Source: an uncultured Planctomycetota bacterium (GTDB lineage Bacteria > Planctomycetota > Planctomycetia > Isosphaerales > Isosphaeraceae). From it: a stretch of DNA of 64,000 nucleotides. The notes below the pieces were generated by a model. The model did no database searches and was not told the origin of the DNA. It was given only the letters and a program-made list of their open reading frames with translations. Positions 53,400-64,000 of this stretch are shown here, one piece after another. The position numbers and the translations under genes are program-made. The DNA is taken from assembly GCA_963823665.1 (NCBI GenBank), contig CAWGMQ010000008.1, positions 192,001 through 256,000 on the forward strand, written 5' to 3'. The first letter of the stretch is position 1; each line of letters opens with the position of its first letter.

Positions 53400-56300
53400 A
53401 TGATGCAGTTCGTGCGACTTTCGAGCCTGGTGCTGACTCTTGCTTTCTTCTCATGCTTCGACCTGAATGTCGCCAGAGGTCAGCAGCCGGCCCCGGTAGA
53501 AAACGTCTCGTCATTCCCCCCGCGCACAGCCGCCGAGGAACAGAAAGCCCTCCACGCACCGCCAGGCTTCGAAATCCAGCTCGTCGCATCCGAACCCGAT
53601 ATCAACAAGCCCCTGAACCTCGCCTTTGACGACCGCGGCCGCCTCTGGGTCACCAGCACCGTCGAGTATCCCTACCCCGCCAAGGAAGGCACTCGCCCAC
53701 GCGATTCGGTCAAGATCCTCTCGAACTTCCGCGCCGACGGCCGGGCACAAATGGTGGACACATTCGCCGATGGCTTGAATATCCCCATCGGCCTCTTGCC
53801 GATGCCAAAAGCAAACGCCGCCATCGTGCACAACATCCCCAGAATCTACATGCTCAAAGACACCGACGGCGACGGCAAGGCCGATACTCGTGAACCGCTC
53901 TACGGAATCTTCGGCAACCGCGATACGCACGGAATGACAAACGCGTTCACATGGGGATTCGACGGCTGGATCTACGCGTGCCACGGATATGCAAACGACT
54001 CGAAGGTAGAGGGCAGCGACCATCGTTCAATTACCATGAACTCGGGCAACACCTACCGGATGAGGGCCGACGGCTCGCACGCCGAGTATTTCACCCACGG
54101 ACAGGTCAACCCCTTCGGCTTGGCCTTCGACCCGCTCGACAATCTCTATTCGTGCGACTGCCACAGCCAGCCGCTTTATCAGCTTTTGCGTGGAGCGTAT
54201 TATCCCAGCTTCGGCAAGCCTGACGACGGCCTGGGTTTCGGCCCCGAGATGGTGAACACCGACCACGGCTCGACCGGCATCGGCGGCATCAGCTTTTACA
54301 CGGCCGACCAGTATCCCGAGGCCTATCGCGGCACCACATTCATCGGCAACGTGGTCACCAACCGCATCAACCACGACCGCATCGAGTGGCACGGGTCTTC
54401 CCCCAGGGGATTTCAACAGGCCGACTTCGTCTGGAGCGAAGACAACTGGTTCCACCCGGTCGACATCGAGCTCGGCCCCGACGGAGCACTCTACGTCGCC
54501 GACTTCTATAACTCGATCATCGGCCACTACGAAGTGCCGCTGACGCACCCCGCCCGCGACCGCACGCGCGGGCGCATCTGGCGCGTGGTGTACAAGGGCA
54601 ACGAAGGCAAGCCGGCGCCGCCTCCGAGCGCGATCGATCGGACCAAATCGCCGATCGACGAGCTGATCAAGGACCTCGCCCACCCGAACCTGATCGTGCG
54701 AATCACGGCCGCGAATCAGCTTGTCGACCGAGGCGGCGCCGAGGGCCTCTCCGCCGCGCGAACCGTGGTGGGCCCAGGCTCACCTCCGCGCCAGCGAGTA
54801 CATGCGATGTGGGTGCTGCACCGCCAGAACGCACTCGACGACGCGACTCTTCTGGCCTGCGCTGGCGACCAAGACCGCGAGATCCGCGTGCACAGCCTGA
54901 AGGCACTCGCCGAGCGACCCGAGATCTCGCCTGCCTTTGCTGACCTCGCGAAGAGTCGGCTGAACGATGGAGATCCATTCGTCCGGCGGGCAGCGGCGGA
55001 AGTTCTCGGCAGACATCCGGCGCTCTCGAACATCAAGCCCCTCCTCGCCCTCCGCCAGTCCGCCCCCGAGGATGACACCCACTTGATCCATGTGGCCAGG
55101 ATGGCGCTTCGCGATCAATTCCTGGAATCACAGGTGTGGCCGCAGCTCGCCAAGCTGGAGCTGAGCGAGCGTGACCGCCGCGACATCGCCGACATCGCCA
55201 CCGGTGTGCACACCGCAGAGGCCGCGGCGTTTCTGCTCGAACAGATCAAGCAGCTCGAGTATCCCCAGGCGACCCTCGCGCGATTCATCCATCACATTGC
55301 GCGGTACGGAGCGCAAGCATCGACGGACAAGCTCGCCGCATTCGCCGACCCGCAGAAGCGCTCGCCCGCGCAGCGGCTGGAGCTGTTGAAGGCGATTCAA
55401 CAAGGGTTTCAGGAGCGTGGAGCACCGCTGGGGAAAGAAGCGCGGCAAGAGGCCGCCCGCTTGGCCGGCGAGCTGCTGGCGTCGAGCGCTGCGCCGGACA
55501 TCACGCTGGGAATTGACGTCGTCCGCGACTTCGAGTTCCGCGACATGCAGGACGCTTTGGTGCGGGTGATCGACCGGAGCGACTTGCCCGAGCAACCCCG
55601 CTCGCACGCGTTGGGCGCGCTGACGGTGATCGACCCCAGGAAAAACCTGGCGACGATCGAGCGAGTGCTCACCGACGCCGCCAAGCCGATCGGGATGCGC
55701 ATGTGGGCAGCATTTCTGCTCGGCGGCATCGATCGCGCCGACGCAAGGTCCGCACTGATCAATATCCTGCCGGTCGCGCCCGAGCGGCTTCAAGGAGCGG
55801 TCGCGTCGGCACTGGTTCGCAGGCGGGAGGGAGCCGATTCCCTCCTGAACACGATCGCATCCGGCAAGGCCTCAGCACGCCTGCTCCAGGACCGGAACGT
55901 GACGATCAACCTGGAAAGCTCGGGCCTGCCGAACGTGACCGACCGCATCGCGTCATTGCTAAAGGGTCTGCCGGCCGCCGATGCCAAGCTCGCCACGCTC
56001 TTCGACCGCCGCCGCGACGGCTTCCAGCGTGCGAAGCCGGACGCCGCCCTCGGCGCGAAGGTCTTCGAAAAACACTGTGCGGTCTGCCATCAACTGGCGG
56101 GCAAAGGCGCCAAGGTCGGCCCCCAGCTCGACGGCATCGGCACCCGCGGCCTCGACCGGCTGATGGAAGACATCCTCGACCCGAACCGGAACGTCGATCA
56201 GACACTGCGCGTGACGAACCTCGCACTCAAAAACGGACAGATCGTTTCAGGCCTCCTCCTCCGAGAAGAGGGCGAAGTCTTGATCGTCGCCGACGCGCAA

Positions 56301-56480
56301 GGCAAGGAAGTCCGAGTGCCGAAGTCCTCTGTCGATGAACGGACCGCGTCGTCCCTCTCGCCGATGCCGGCGAACCTCGTCGACCAAATCGCCGAAGGCG
56401 ACTTTTACAATCTGATGGCCTTTTTGCTCTCGAAGCACGATACGACCCCTGCGCCAACGAATGCCGGAGGGTCGAAGTAG
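53400..56480 (+). CDS. PVC-type heme-binding CxxCH protein (membrane-bound dehydrogenase-like domain, HEAT repeats, cytochrome c)
   Basis: PPGFEIQLVASEP, FDDRGRLWV, GPDGALYVADFY, CAVCH...VGPQL...ILDPN...SPMP. Confidence 0.92.
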   Translation: MMQFVRLSSLVLTLAFFSCFDLNVARGQQPAPVENVSSFPPRTAAEEQKALHAPPGFEIQLVASEPDINKPLNLAFDDRGRLWVTSTVEYPYPAKEGTRPRDSVKILSNFRADGRAQMVDTFADGLNIPIGLLPMPKANAAIVHNIPRIYMLKDTDGDGKADTREPLYGIFGNRDTHGMTNAFTWGFDGWIYACHGYANDSKVEGSDHRSITMNSGNTYRMRADGSHAEYFTHGQVNPFGLAFDPLDNLYSCDCHSQPLYQLLRGAYYPSFGKPDDGLGFGPEMVNTDHGSTGIGGISFYTADQYPEAYRGTTFIGNVVTNRINHDRIEWHGSSPRGFQQADFVWSEDNWFHPVDIELGPDGALYVADFYNSIIGHYEVPLTHPARDRTRGRIWRVVYKGNEGKPAPPPSAIDRTKSPIDELIKDLAHPNLIVRITAANQLVDRGGAEGLSAARTVVGPGSPPRQRVHAMWVLHRQNALDDATLLACAGDQDREIRVHSLKALAERPEISPAFADLAKSRLNDGDPFVRRAAAEVLGRHPALSNIKPLLALRQSAPEDDTHLIHVARMALRDQFLESQVWPQLAKLELSERDRRDIADIATGVHTAEAAAFLLEQIKQLEYPQATLARFIHHIARYGAQASTDKLAAFADPQKRSPAQRLELLKAIQQGFQERGAPLGKEARQEAARLAGELLASSAAPDITLGIDVVRDFEFRDMQDALVRVIDRSDLPEQPRSHALGALTVIDPRKNLATIERVLTDAAKPIGMRMWAAFLLGGIDRADARSALINILPVAPERLQGAVASALVRRREGADSLLNTIASGKASARLLQDRNVTINLESSGLPNVTDRIASLLKGLPAADAKLATLFDRRRDGFQRAKPDAALGAKVFEKHCAVCHQLAGKGAKVGPQLDGIGTRGLDRLMEDILDPNRNVDQTLRVTNLALKNGQIVSGLLLREEGEVLIVADAQGKEVRVPKSSVDERTASSLSPMPANLVDQIAEGDFYNLMAFLLSKHDTTPAPTNAGGSK

Positions 56481-56700
56481 ACCTGGTGTCCCGACAATCT
56501 GCGATTGAGACGCGGTTGGGCGCAAGTCTCCTGACCCCGTCGTCCTCACCGATCGTAGTTTTCCAGGCGGCCGACCCGCCAATCGAAGATTGTCGCAGCA
56601 TCAGGTTTTGAGTAGCCGCCGCGCCCGCGCGTCCCCTGACCGGATCTCCAACTCTCCCTTTCCCCCCCTTACGAAGGGGGGGCAGGGGGGGTGCACCACG

Positions 56701-57984
56701 TCACGGCGCCACCACCGGCAGCACATAAGGCCCCTTCGGAATAACAGCCACCTGGGCATCCGGCCCATACTCCGCAAGCGAATCCGCCACCGCTTGCTCG
56801 ACGCTTGCCGCCGCCTCGACAAAACACGACGACAGCACGTCAGCCGGCAGCCCATCGGAAACGATCTTCACCCGCGCCTTGCGCCGCACCTTCGCCAGCT
56901 CTTCAAGCTGCCACTGATCAAGCACGAAGTACTCCTTGCCGAGAATCCGCTCCATGAAGACTTCGAGCGACGGGTTCTCCCGAAACAGCGACTGGAATTC
57001 CGGGCTGCCCAGCCCCTCCGAAAGACTCGCCGCCAGGATGATCGTGCCGCCTTGCTTCACGATCGGCAGGCAGCCCGTGAGTCCCTTCACCGCCTGGTAG
57101 AACGTCGTGTCCAGCGGATATCCCGCCGAGCTGGTCACCACAATGTCGACCGGCGCGGAAACATCAGCCCGGCACACGTTCTCCATGAAGCGAACGCCTT
57201 CAAGAAACGCCTTCTCCATATCACCGGCAACGACCGACGTGACGCGCCGGTCGCTGTCCAGCGTGACATTCACAATAAAGTCGCACCCGGCCATCCGCGC
57301 GATCTGGGTATTCTCTTCATGTACAGGGTTGCCATCAAGGATTCCGCAGTCGGCCCTGGGATGCTCGAGCAATTCGGGACCGTGCCACCGCTTCACCGTC
57401 TCGAGCGCAGCGACGCCGGGGCAGATTAATTTCCGGCCCCCGGAATAACCAGCCATCAGGTGAGGCTCGATCAAGCCCGTCGCGATCTTCAGGCCGGCCT
57501 TCACATATCGGCTGTCGATCCACCCCGGAATGCCGCGCGAAGTCGTGCCGACGAACGTGTGTTCCTCGAGTCGCGTGCCATAGTGGTCTTCGACGCGATA
57601 CCCCGCCACGATCTCGGGCCCAAGCATCTCGAGCTTTTCCGCCGCGGTGCTGGGCCGGTGCAAGCCGGTCGCGACCAGAATCAAGATGTTCTCCGCCGAG
57701 ATGCCGGCTTCGCCTAGAACCCGGAGAGTCGGCCGCAGAATCGTCTGGTTGGGCACGGGCCGAGTGATGTCGCAGATCAAGATGCACGCGTCCTTGCGTC
57801 CTTCCGCCAGCGCTCGCAACGAGCCGGTGCCGATCGGCTTCTCGAGCGCCGCCGCGACGACGCCCTCGGGATCTTCGAGCTGAGGAACGTGCTTGATCGC
57901 GAGCGGTCCGACCACGCGATCGGCCGGGAGATTAACTTGTAGTCCAGTGCGGCCGTAATCGAGAGTGAATTGCCGTGATTTCAT
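56701..57984 (-). CDS. larA: Nickel-pincer lactate racemase family protein
   Basis: [44 protein letters not shown]. Confidence 0.88.
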   Translation of the reverse strand: MKSRQFTLDYGRTGLQVNLPADRVVGPLAIKHVPQLEDPEGVVAAALEKPIGTGSLRALAEGRKDACILICDITRPVPNQTILRPTLRVLGEAGISAENILILVATGLHRPSTAAEKLEMLGPEIVAGYRVEDHYGTRLEEHTFVGTTSRGIPGWIDSRYVKAGLKIATGLIEPHLMAGYSGGRKLICPGVAALETVKRWHGPELLEHPRADCGILDGNPVHEENTQIARMAGCDFIVNVTLDSDRRVTSVVAGDMEKAFLEGVRFMENVCRADVSAPVDIVVTSSAGYPLDTTFYQAVKGLTGCLPIVKQGGTIILAASLSEGLGSPEFQSLFRENPSLEVFMERILGKEYFVLDQWQLEELAKVRRKARVKIVSDGLPADVLSSCFVEAAASVEQAVADSLAEYGPDAQVAVIPKGPYVLPVVAP

Positions 57985-58032
57985 GTTGCTCTGGATTCCG
58001 TGATGAACAAAAGCGTCAGGCTGAAGCCTGAC

Positions 58033-58873
58033 CTACTTTGCGCGGATGTAGATGTTACGATAAGCCACGGGGCCGTGGTCGCCCTGGAGAAGAATCGGGC
58101 CCGGACGGTCCGGTCCGTCGAGGCTTGCACGCGTGCCGCCCTCGCCAAAATCACCAACGTAGCGGCCGTCCTCTTCGCGAAGCTTCACTCGCAGTTCTTC
58201 AGGCTTTCCCGAGTTTTCCTGATTGAGCCGAACGAAGGCATCGCGATCGGTCTCGCCGTAACGGACGTCGTGCTCCTTGTAGACCGTCTTTCCGTTCCAC
58301 ACCAGTGTCAACTTCTTGCCGACCAGCGTGATGTCGTAGCTCTGCCACTGGCCCGGCGGCTTCGAAAAATTCTCGCGTGGGTATGCCCGCTCATAGAGGG
58401 CACCGCAGTCGTGAAAACCGAGCTTCGGCTTGCCGAAGCTGTCGAAGACCTGAATCTCGAAAAGCCCGCGATTGTACACGCCCGAATTGCTACCCTTGGG
58501 TACGGTGAACTCGATGTGCAGCTCGTAATCGGCAAATGACTCCTCGGTCATGATATCAGAGCCGCGGCCATCGTCACCGCAGAGCAGGGCCGACGCCGCG
58601 GCGCCGCCCGATCCGGTCGGTGTGAGCCGGGACGGATCTGCCCCATCAAGGCGGACGTCGTCGCAGACTTTCCAGACTTTCTTGGCGCTGGAATTCCGAA
58701 ACTTCCAGCCGGAGAGGTCCTTGCCGTTGAACAGCGGCTTCCAGCCCTCGCTGCTCGGAAAGGTGCTGCGAAACCGGTGCCTGCGACTTTCGATCGTCGG
58801 CTCGCGACACTCCTGTCGCGACCAAGCCGAGGATGATCGAGACGAGCGGAGCGCAGCGGATCAAATGCGGCAT
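58033..58873 (-). CDS. DUF1080 (3-keto-disaccharide hydrolase) protein, frameshift near 58772
   Basis: Signal peptide from ATG 58873, then GWKPLFNGKDLSGW ... NSGVY ... EIQV ... LQGDHGPVAYRNI. Confidence 0.87.
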
Positions 58874-59040
58874 GGCGTGTGCACTCTCCGGTTGGCTGTG
58901 GCGGGACGGAAAATCACCCGGCTCGTCGACAGCGGGTCTGCTTCGAAGATACCATCTGGCGAGTGCGATGTCCCCATCAGTCTCTTCGACCAATCAGGAG
59001 GCTCTGGCTCATGCGACCACACACAACGAAACCCGAGGGC

Positions 59041-60069
59041 ATGAACGGTCCAAACCGGCGAGAATTCCTGGAAGCGAGCGCCGCAGGTGTCGCGTCGACC
59101 GCCTTGGCGTGGACCAACGCGGGGGCGGAGGCCGCCGCCATTGCAAAGACGAACGCCGAGGGGATCCCCATGCGGCCCCTGGGGAAAACCGGCGAGATGG
59201 TCACCATGATCTGCCTGGGCGGCTATCACAGCAGTGTTCACCCCGATGAGAATGACAGCATCCGGCTCATCCAGCGGGCGATCGACGAAGGAATCACGTT
59301 CCTCGACAACGCCTGGGATTATCACGACGGCCTCGCCGAAGAGCGAATGGGAAAAGCGATCTCGCAGGGAAACCGCCGCGAGAAGGTCTTCCTCATGACC
59401 AAGTGCTGCGGCCGCACCGCCAAGGATGCACAAGACCATCTTGAAGACAGTCTGCGCCGCCTGCGCACCGATCATCTGGACCTCTGGCAGTTCCACGAGA
59501 TCGTCTACGACAACGATCCCGACTGGATCTTCGCCGCCGGCGGAGCGATCGAGACTGCCCTCAAAGCCAAGGAACAGGGGAAGATTCGCTACCTCGGCTT
59601 CACGGGTCATAAAGACCCATCGATCCATCTGAAGATGCTCGAGAAGCCGTATCCTTGGGCGACCACGCAGATGCCGCTCTCGGTGCTCGACGGCCAGTTC
59701 CGCAGCTTCGAGCAGAAAGTCTTGCCCGTGCTCAACAGCCGCGGAATCGGCCCCATCGGCATGAAGAGCCTCGCGGGAAATGGGAAGTTCATTAGCGACG
59801 GCGTCGTGACGATTGAAGAGGCGCTGCGCTACGTCTTCTCCCTGCCGATTTCCACTCTCGTATCAGGAATCGATTCCGAGAAGGTCCTCGAGCAAAACCT
59901 CAAAATCGTGCGCGACTTCAAACCGATGACCGCCGAGGAACGCACGGCGGTGGCCGAAAAGGTGCGGTCGGTCGCGGGCGACGGGCGTTATGAGCTGTTC
60001 AAAACGTCGAAGATGTATGACTCGGGGTATCATCGCAAGCAGCATGGGTTTTCGACCGCGGTGAGCTAG
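59041..60069 (+). CDS. Aldo/keto reductase with Tat leader
   Basis: NRREFL, RPLGKTG, FLDNAWDY, SLRRLRTDHLDLWQFH. Confidence 0.92.
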   Translation: MNGPNRREFLEASAAGVASTALAWTNAGAEAAAIAKTNAEGIPMRPLGKTGEMVTMICLGGYHSSVHPDENDSIRLIQRAIDEGITFLDNAWDYHDGLAEERMGKAISQGNRREKVFLMTKCCGRTAKDAQDHLEDSLRRLRTDHLDLWQFHEIVYDNDPDWIFAAGGAIETALKAKEQGKIRYLGFTGHKDPSIHLKMLEKPYPWATTQMPLSVLDGQFRSFEQKVLPVLNSRGIGPIGMKSLAGNGKFISDGVVTIEEALRYVFSLPISTLVSGIDSEKVLEQNLKIVRDFKPMTAEERTAVAEKVRSVAGDGRYELFKTSKMYDSGYHRKQHGFSTAVS

Positions 60070-60087
60070 CTAGTGGAGGGCAGCGTC

Positions 60088-61461
60088 ATGCGATCCGTTC
60101 GTTTTTCCATCGCAGGATTGATGGGCGTCGTGCTGGTCGCAGCGATTGCATTCGCCGCGCTGCGCAGCTCTTCCCAGACCTGGGCCGGCTTGCTGCTTCT
60201 GGCGACGCTCGGCGCGTTCGGTATTGCCTTGGTCGGTGCGGTTTGCCGTAGGGGGTCCGAGCGCGGCGGTTGGTTCGGCTTCGCCGTGTTTGGATGGATC
60301 TACATGAGTGCCGCCTTCTGGCCGTCCGATCTCTGGCCAAAACTCCCGACTCAGAGCCTTCTGGAGGCGATCGGCCCGAGGCTTGGCGCCATAGACGCAC
60401 AATTTGCACCGTTCAGTGCTGCGAGCGTCATGGGCGGCGGTAACGCCGGCGCTGTCGCTGACGAATGGTGGTTCTTTCAGACCGGGCATTGTCTGCTGGC
60501 CTTGTTGGCCGCGAGCCTCGGAGCATTGCTCGGCAGCCGACTCTTCGTCGCTGCGGCGGACAAGTCAGAGAAGATCACACTCGACTCGCAGGCTGCTGCT
60601 GTCACGCACCCGGGCAAGCGGTGGGTCGCACCGCTGGTCGTTGCTTTGTCGACCCTGGCGCTCATCACGGCGATCGCGAGCGCCGGCGCGATTCTGCCGC
60701 CTGGGATCTGGGCCGGGTCGACCTTCCTTTTGACTTGGTTTTTGATCGGCCTCATTGCGCTGGGCGCCTTGATCGGACGAGCGAGGCGCCGGGAGGCCTG
60801 GCTAGGAGCAACCGTCTTCGGTGCTGGGATCATGATTCTGGCCTTTGGCCGATCGAGCGATGAACGATGGCCGGGACCCCTGACCGCCGATCTCTTGAAT
60901 GAGATACGCCCTTGGCTCCCATCCATCGCAAATGGTCGCCTATCCGACCCGAAGAGCATCACGGCTGCGCACGCACGCATCCACGAAGCCTTGAATCAAC
61001 CTATACCGATGCATTTTCTCAAGGAGACTCCGCTGGAGGACGTCCTGAAATCCATCAAAAAGGCGACAACCAGCGCTGACGGCGAGGCCATACCGATTTA
61101 CGTCGATCCGATCGGCCTGTTAGAATCCGACAAGACCATGAAATCGACCGTGACAAACATCGACCTCGATGGCGTTCCCTTACGAACGAGCTTGCGACTT
61201 TGTCTGGCGCAGCTTGATCTCGAGTACTATGTCAAGGACGGTCTATTGGTGATCACGTCTCGCGAGTCTGAAGACCTTCCTTTACTTCGCGCCGCGGACG
61301 ACGCATTTCAGGTCGTTGGACATTGTGTGCTCGCCCTGATCGCGGCCGGGCTCGGTGGTTTAGCGGCACCTTTTGTTTGCAATCTGGCGCAGGGATGGTC
61401 GTTCAACCGGTCACACCACGCCCACATAGCCGCGAATGTTTTCACGCAAACAGCTTCCTGA
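60088..61461 (+). CDS. Multi-pass membrane protein with two tandem planctomycete modules and an STN-like insert
   Basis: [11 protein letters not shown] start; repeated W.GF.VFG ... [20 protein letters not shown]...IYVDP...[11 protein letters not shown]. Confidence 0.7.
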   Translation: MRSVRFSIAGLMGVVLVAAIAFAALRSSSQTWAGLLLLATLGAFGIALVGAVCRRGSERGGWFGFAVFGWIYMSAAFWPSDLWPKLPTQSLLEAIGPRLGAIDAQFAPFSAASVMGGGNAGAVADEWWFFQTGHCLLALLAASLGALLGSRLFVAAADKSEKITLDSQAAAVTHPGKRWVAPLVVALSTLALITAIASAGAILPPGIWAGSTFLLTWFLIGLIALGALIGRARRREAWLGATVFGAGIMILAFGRSSDERWPGPLTADLLNEIRPWLPSIANGRLSDPKSITAAHARIHEALNQPIPMHFLKETPLEDVLKSIKKATTSADGEAIPIYVDPIGLLESDKTMKSTVTNIDLDGVPLRTSLRLCLAQLDLEYYVKDGLLVITSRESEDLPLLRAADDAFQVVGHCVLALIAAGLGGLAAPFVCNLAQGWSFNRSHHAHIAANVFTQTAS

Positions 61462-62896
61462 TCACCCGCCCACCCACATCGGTCAACCGCTCGTCGCGGC
61501 TGTTGTGCAGAAATGTAAGCTGCTTGTGGTCCAGCCCCATCAAGTGCAAGATCGTGGCGTGAATGTCGTTCACGTGGGCGGGGTCTTCAATCGCCTTGAC
61601 ACCGGCCTCGTCGGTCGCGCCCACGATCGTGCCCCCCTTCACGCCGCCACCGGCCATCCACATCGTGAATCCGGTCGCATTGTGATCACGCCCGCGGCCG
61701 CCGCCCTGACGCACCGGCGTTCGGCCGAACTCACCACCCCACACGACCAGCGTTTCATCCAGCAATCCTGTCCGTTTCAAGTCCGTGAGCAACGCCGCCA
61801 CGGGCTTGTCCGTCAGCCCACACATCTTCTCGTGGTTGGCGTCGATGTCGTCGTGCGCATCCCACTGCATGGCCACCGGGCCGCCGCCCGAATAAAGCTG
61901 CACGAACCGGACACCGCGTTCGACCAGGCGACGCGCCAGCAAGCAGCGCGTGCCGAACTCGACGGTGCGGGAATCATCAAGGCCATACATCGATTTGATT
62001 GACCGCGGCTCATTCGAAAGGTCGACAGCCTCCGGCGCCGCACTCTGCATCCGGAACGCCAGCTCATACGTCGCAATCCGCGCCGAGAGTTCGGTATCGG
62101 CCGGATCGAGATCCTGCTCGTTCATCGATCGCAGCAAATCCAGCATGCCGCGCTGCTCCTTGATCGACACCCCTGCCGGCGGCTTGAGATGCACAATCGG
62201 CACCGGTCCGGGGCGAAAGAGCGTCCCCTGGTGATGAGCAGGCAAGAAGCCCGCGCCCCAGCACGGTGCGCCTCCCTCCGGCGTGCCCTCCGGCTGAGTC
62301 ATGACGACGTAGGCAGGCAGGTCATCATTTTCCGATCCCAACCCGTAAGTGACCCAGCTCCCCAGGCTCGGAAAACCCATGATCACCCGCCCGGTATTCA
62401 TCTGGTACATGGCCGGAGCGTGGATCACGTTGTCGGCGTGGCACGAGCGAATCAGCGCAATGTCATCCGCGTGCGGGTGAAGGTGCGGCACCAGGTCGGA
62501 CATGTCCATCCCCGACTGGCCAAATTTCCCCCACTTGCGGTGGCTGCCCAGGCACAGCGGGTCGGCTTCGAGAAACTGGCTGTGAATCTTGCCAAAGCTG
62601 GGCGGCAACGGCTGCGAGTCGAGCCGGTTCAATAGCGGCTTGGGATCAAAAAGATCCATCTGGCTCGGGCCGCCGGTCATGAACAGGAAAATACATCGCT
62701 TGGCCTTCGCGGGAAGATGCCCGGTCTTGGCAGAAAGCGGTCCACCGCCGGGCCCGGCGCCGCGGCTCTCCCGCCCCAGCAAGTCTGCCAGACCGAGCAG
62801 CCCAAATCCGCAACCGGCGACTTTGAGGAACTCGCGACGGCTGCGCGGTAAGAACGGCTGCGGGCCAGGACAGCGGTGTGGCGTGCGCTCAGACAT
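61442..62896 (-). CDS. DUF1501 domain protein (Tat-exported)
   Basis: [47 protein letters not shown]. Confidence 0.95.
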   Translation of the reverse strand: MSERTPHRCPGPQPFLPRSRREFLKVAGCGFGLLGLADLLGRESRGAGPGGGPLSAKTGHLPAKAKRCIFLFMTGGPSQMDLFDPKPLLNRLDSQPLPPSFGKIHSQFLEADPLCLGSHRKWGKFGQSGMDMSDLVPHLHPHADDIALIRSCHADNVIHAPAMYQMNTGRVIMGFPSLGSWVTYGLGSENDDLPAYVVMTQPEGTPEGGAPCWGAGFLPAHHQGTLFRPGPVPIVHLKPPAGVSIKEQRGMLDLLRSMNEQDLDPADTELSARIATYELAFRMQSAAPEAVDLSNEPRSIKSMYGLDDSRTVEFGTRCLLARRLVERGVRFVQLYSGGGPVAMQWDAHDDIDANHEKMCGLTDKPVAALLTDLKRTGLLDETLVVWGGEFGRTPVRQGGGRGRDHNATGFTMWMAGGGVKGGTIVGATDEAGVKAIEDPAHVNDIHATILHLMGLDHKQLTFLHNSRDERLTDVGGRVIRKLFA

Positions 62897-63030
62897 AGCC
62901 TGGTTCCCTGATAGGTTGAAATTCGAGGCAAGAGGAGCTCATATGCGATGAATCATTCCCGAGATTCTCCACGAGATCCTGAAGCGCATCGGCTTTGACC
63001 TGAGTCGCCACACTCATCAGTCTCATCCCC

Positions 63031-64000
63031 TCACGGCACATACAGAAACTCGTTGCAGTTAAGCAATGCCAGCGAGAAATCGACCCACGCGGCCGCTTCA
63101 GTAGGATCGACACCCGGACAATCGCACGCCGAAGCCCTGAGGTCGCGCTTTTCCTTCCGGACGAGGTCTGTCTGAGCGCTGAGGAATCGCCGCGCGCGAA
63201 CCACTTCTTCCTGCGTGGCCTCGCGCGCCAGCACGAGCCCGTAGGCACGCACGATTCGCCCGTCACCGCCCGAAGCGCGTTCGCGAAGAACACGGCCAGC
63301 GAGGGCCCTGGCCCGGGCCGTGGCGAACTCGCTGTTCAAAAGCGCCAGCGCCTGAAGAGCGTGCGTGCTGGTGGCCCGGCGCGGGCAGGCGCTCTGCGTA
63401 TCCGGCGCATCGAACGCATCAAAGAGCGGGTAGCGCACGTTACGCTTGCGGAAGAGATAAAGCGACCGCCTGAGGTGTTCAGAGGGATTCCGGTCTTCCG
63501 GCCAGAGGTCCACGGCCTCGGCCTCCGTGAAAATCAAGTCTTCGATTTCCTTTTCGATCGGGGCAAGCACGCCCGGGCCCTCCATCCGCGAATTCAGTTC
63601 GCCCGAGGCCGCCAGCATCGCGTCGCGCACCCCTTCGGCATCCAGCCGGCGGCGTAGCATCCGGCCGAAGAGCGTGTTTTCGGGATCGTCGGCGGCGAGC
63701 TTCTCAGTCGCCTTGCTCGACTGTTGATAGGTCGCCGACGTGACCATCAGCCGATGCAGCGGTTTCAGCCTCCAGCCCTCGCGAACCAGCTCCGACGCCA
63801 GCCAGTCGAGCAGCTCCGGATGCGAGGGAGCCTCACCGCGCACGCCGAAATCGCTGGGCGTCGCCACAATCCCGCGTCCGAAGTGGTGCTGCCAGAGACG
63901 ATTCACGATCACCCGCGCCGTCAACGGGTTATTCGCCCCCGATAGCCACGCCGCCAGCGCCGGCCGCCGGCCCGCGCTCGGTTCCTTGAACGAACCTGAC
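63031..64000 (-). CDS. DUF1549/DUF1553 (PSD1) protein, C-terminal part (runs off the right edge)
   Basis: NPLTARVIVNRLWQHHFGRGIV.TPSDFG, HPELLDWLA, RRSLY, QALALLN, NEFLY. Confidence 0.95.
   Translation of the reverse strand, partial: SGSFKEPSAGRRPALAAWLSGANNPLTARVIVNRLWQHHFGRGIVATPSDFGVRGEAPSHPELLDWLASELVREGWRLKPLHRLMVTSATYQQSSKATEKLAADDPENTLFGRMLRRRLDAEGVRDAMLAASGELNSRMEGPGVLAPIEKEIEDLIFTEAEAVDLWPEDRNPSEHLRRSLYLFRKRNVRYPLFDAFDAPDTQSACPRRATSTHALQALALLNSEFATARARALAGRVLRERASGGDGRIVRAYGLVLAREATQEEVVRARRFLSAQTDLVRKEKRDLRASACDCPGVDPTEAAAWVDFSLALLNCNEFLYVP

Overview
High-GC bacterial window that looks like Planctomycetota (DUF1501 and DUF1553 genes, a PVC-type CxxCH heme protein, an ECF sigma factor/Ser-Thr kinase pair, planctomycete 'LEDR.LLS' export motifs). 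The taxonomy is inferred from gene content. The left ~16.6 kb is an accessory, visibly lower-GC island. It holds an HNH two-gene module, 3' scars of tRNA-Leu(CAA) and tmRNA with short direct repeats, a tcmP/DUF5131 pair, and a minus-strand defence operon (SNF2 helicase, AIPR, type III Mod, type III Res, 266-aa HEPN-motif protein). It ends in a decayed plasmid replicon (repA 3' remnant, nine iterons, DnaA-like box, AT-rich tract). The strongest finding is a 104-nt tRNA-like element (4711-4814, minus) that begins inside the last codons of the HEPN gene. It has canonical acceptor, D and T arms, but the anticodon arm is extended into a ~23-bp hairpin, equivalent to a Trp CCA anticodon loop interrupted by 33 nt. 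This suggests a HEPN RNase plus tRNA-mimic module attached to a type III R-M system. The rest is mostly host genes (proB, purF, trmB, fabZ-like, ThDP enzyme, Wzm/Wzt, PrpD family, SGNH/MBOAT, larA-like, aldo/keto reductase). It also contains REP-like repeats, an IS1182-family element inserted in a hairpin loop, and small toxin-antitoxin modules. About eight scattered frameshifts probably reflect sequencing or assembly error. All calls come from reading the sequence by eye; no searches were run.
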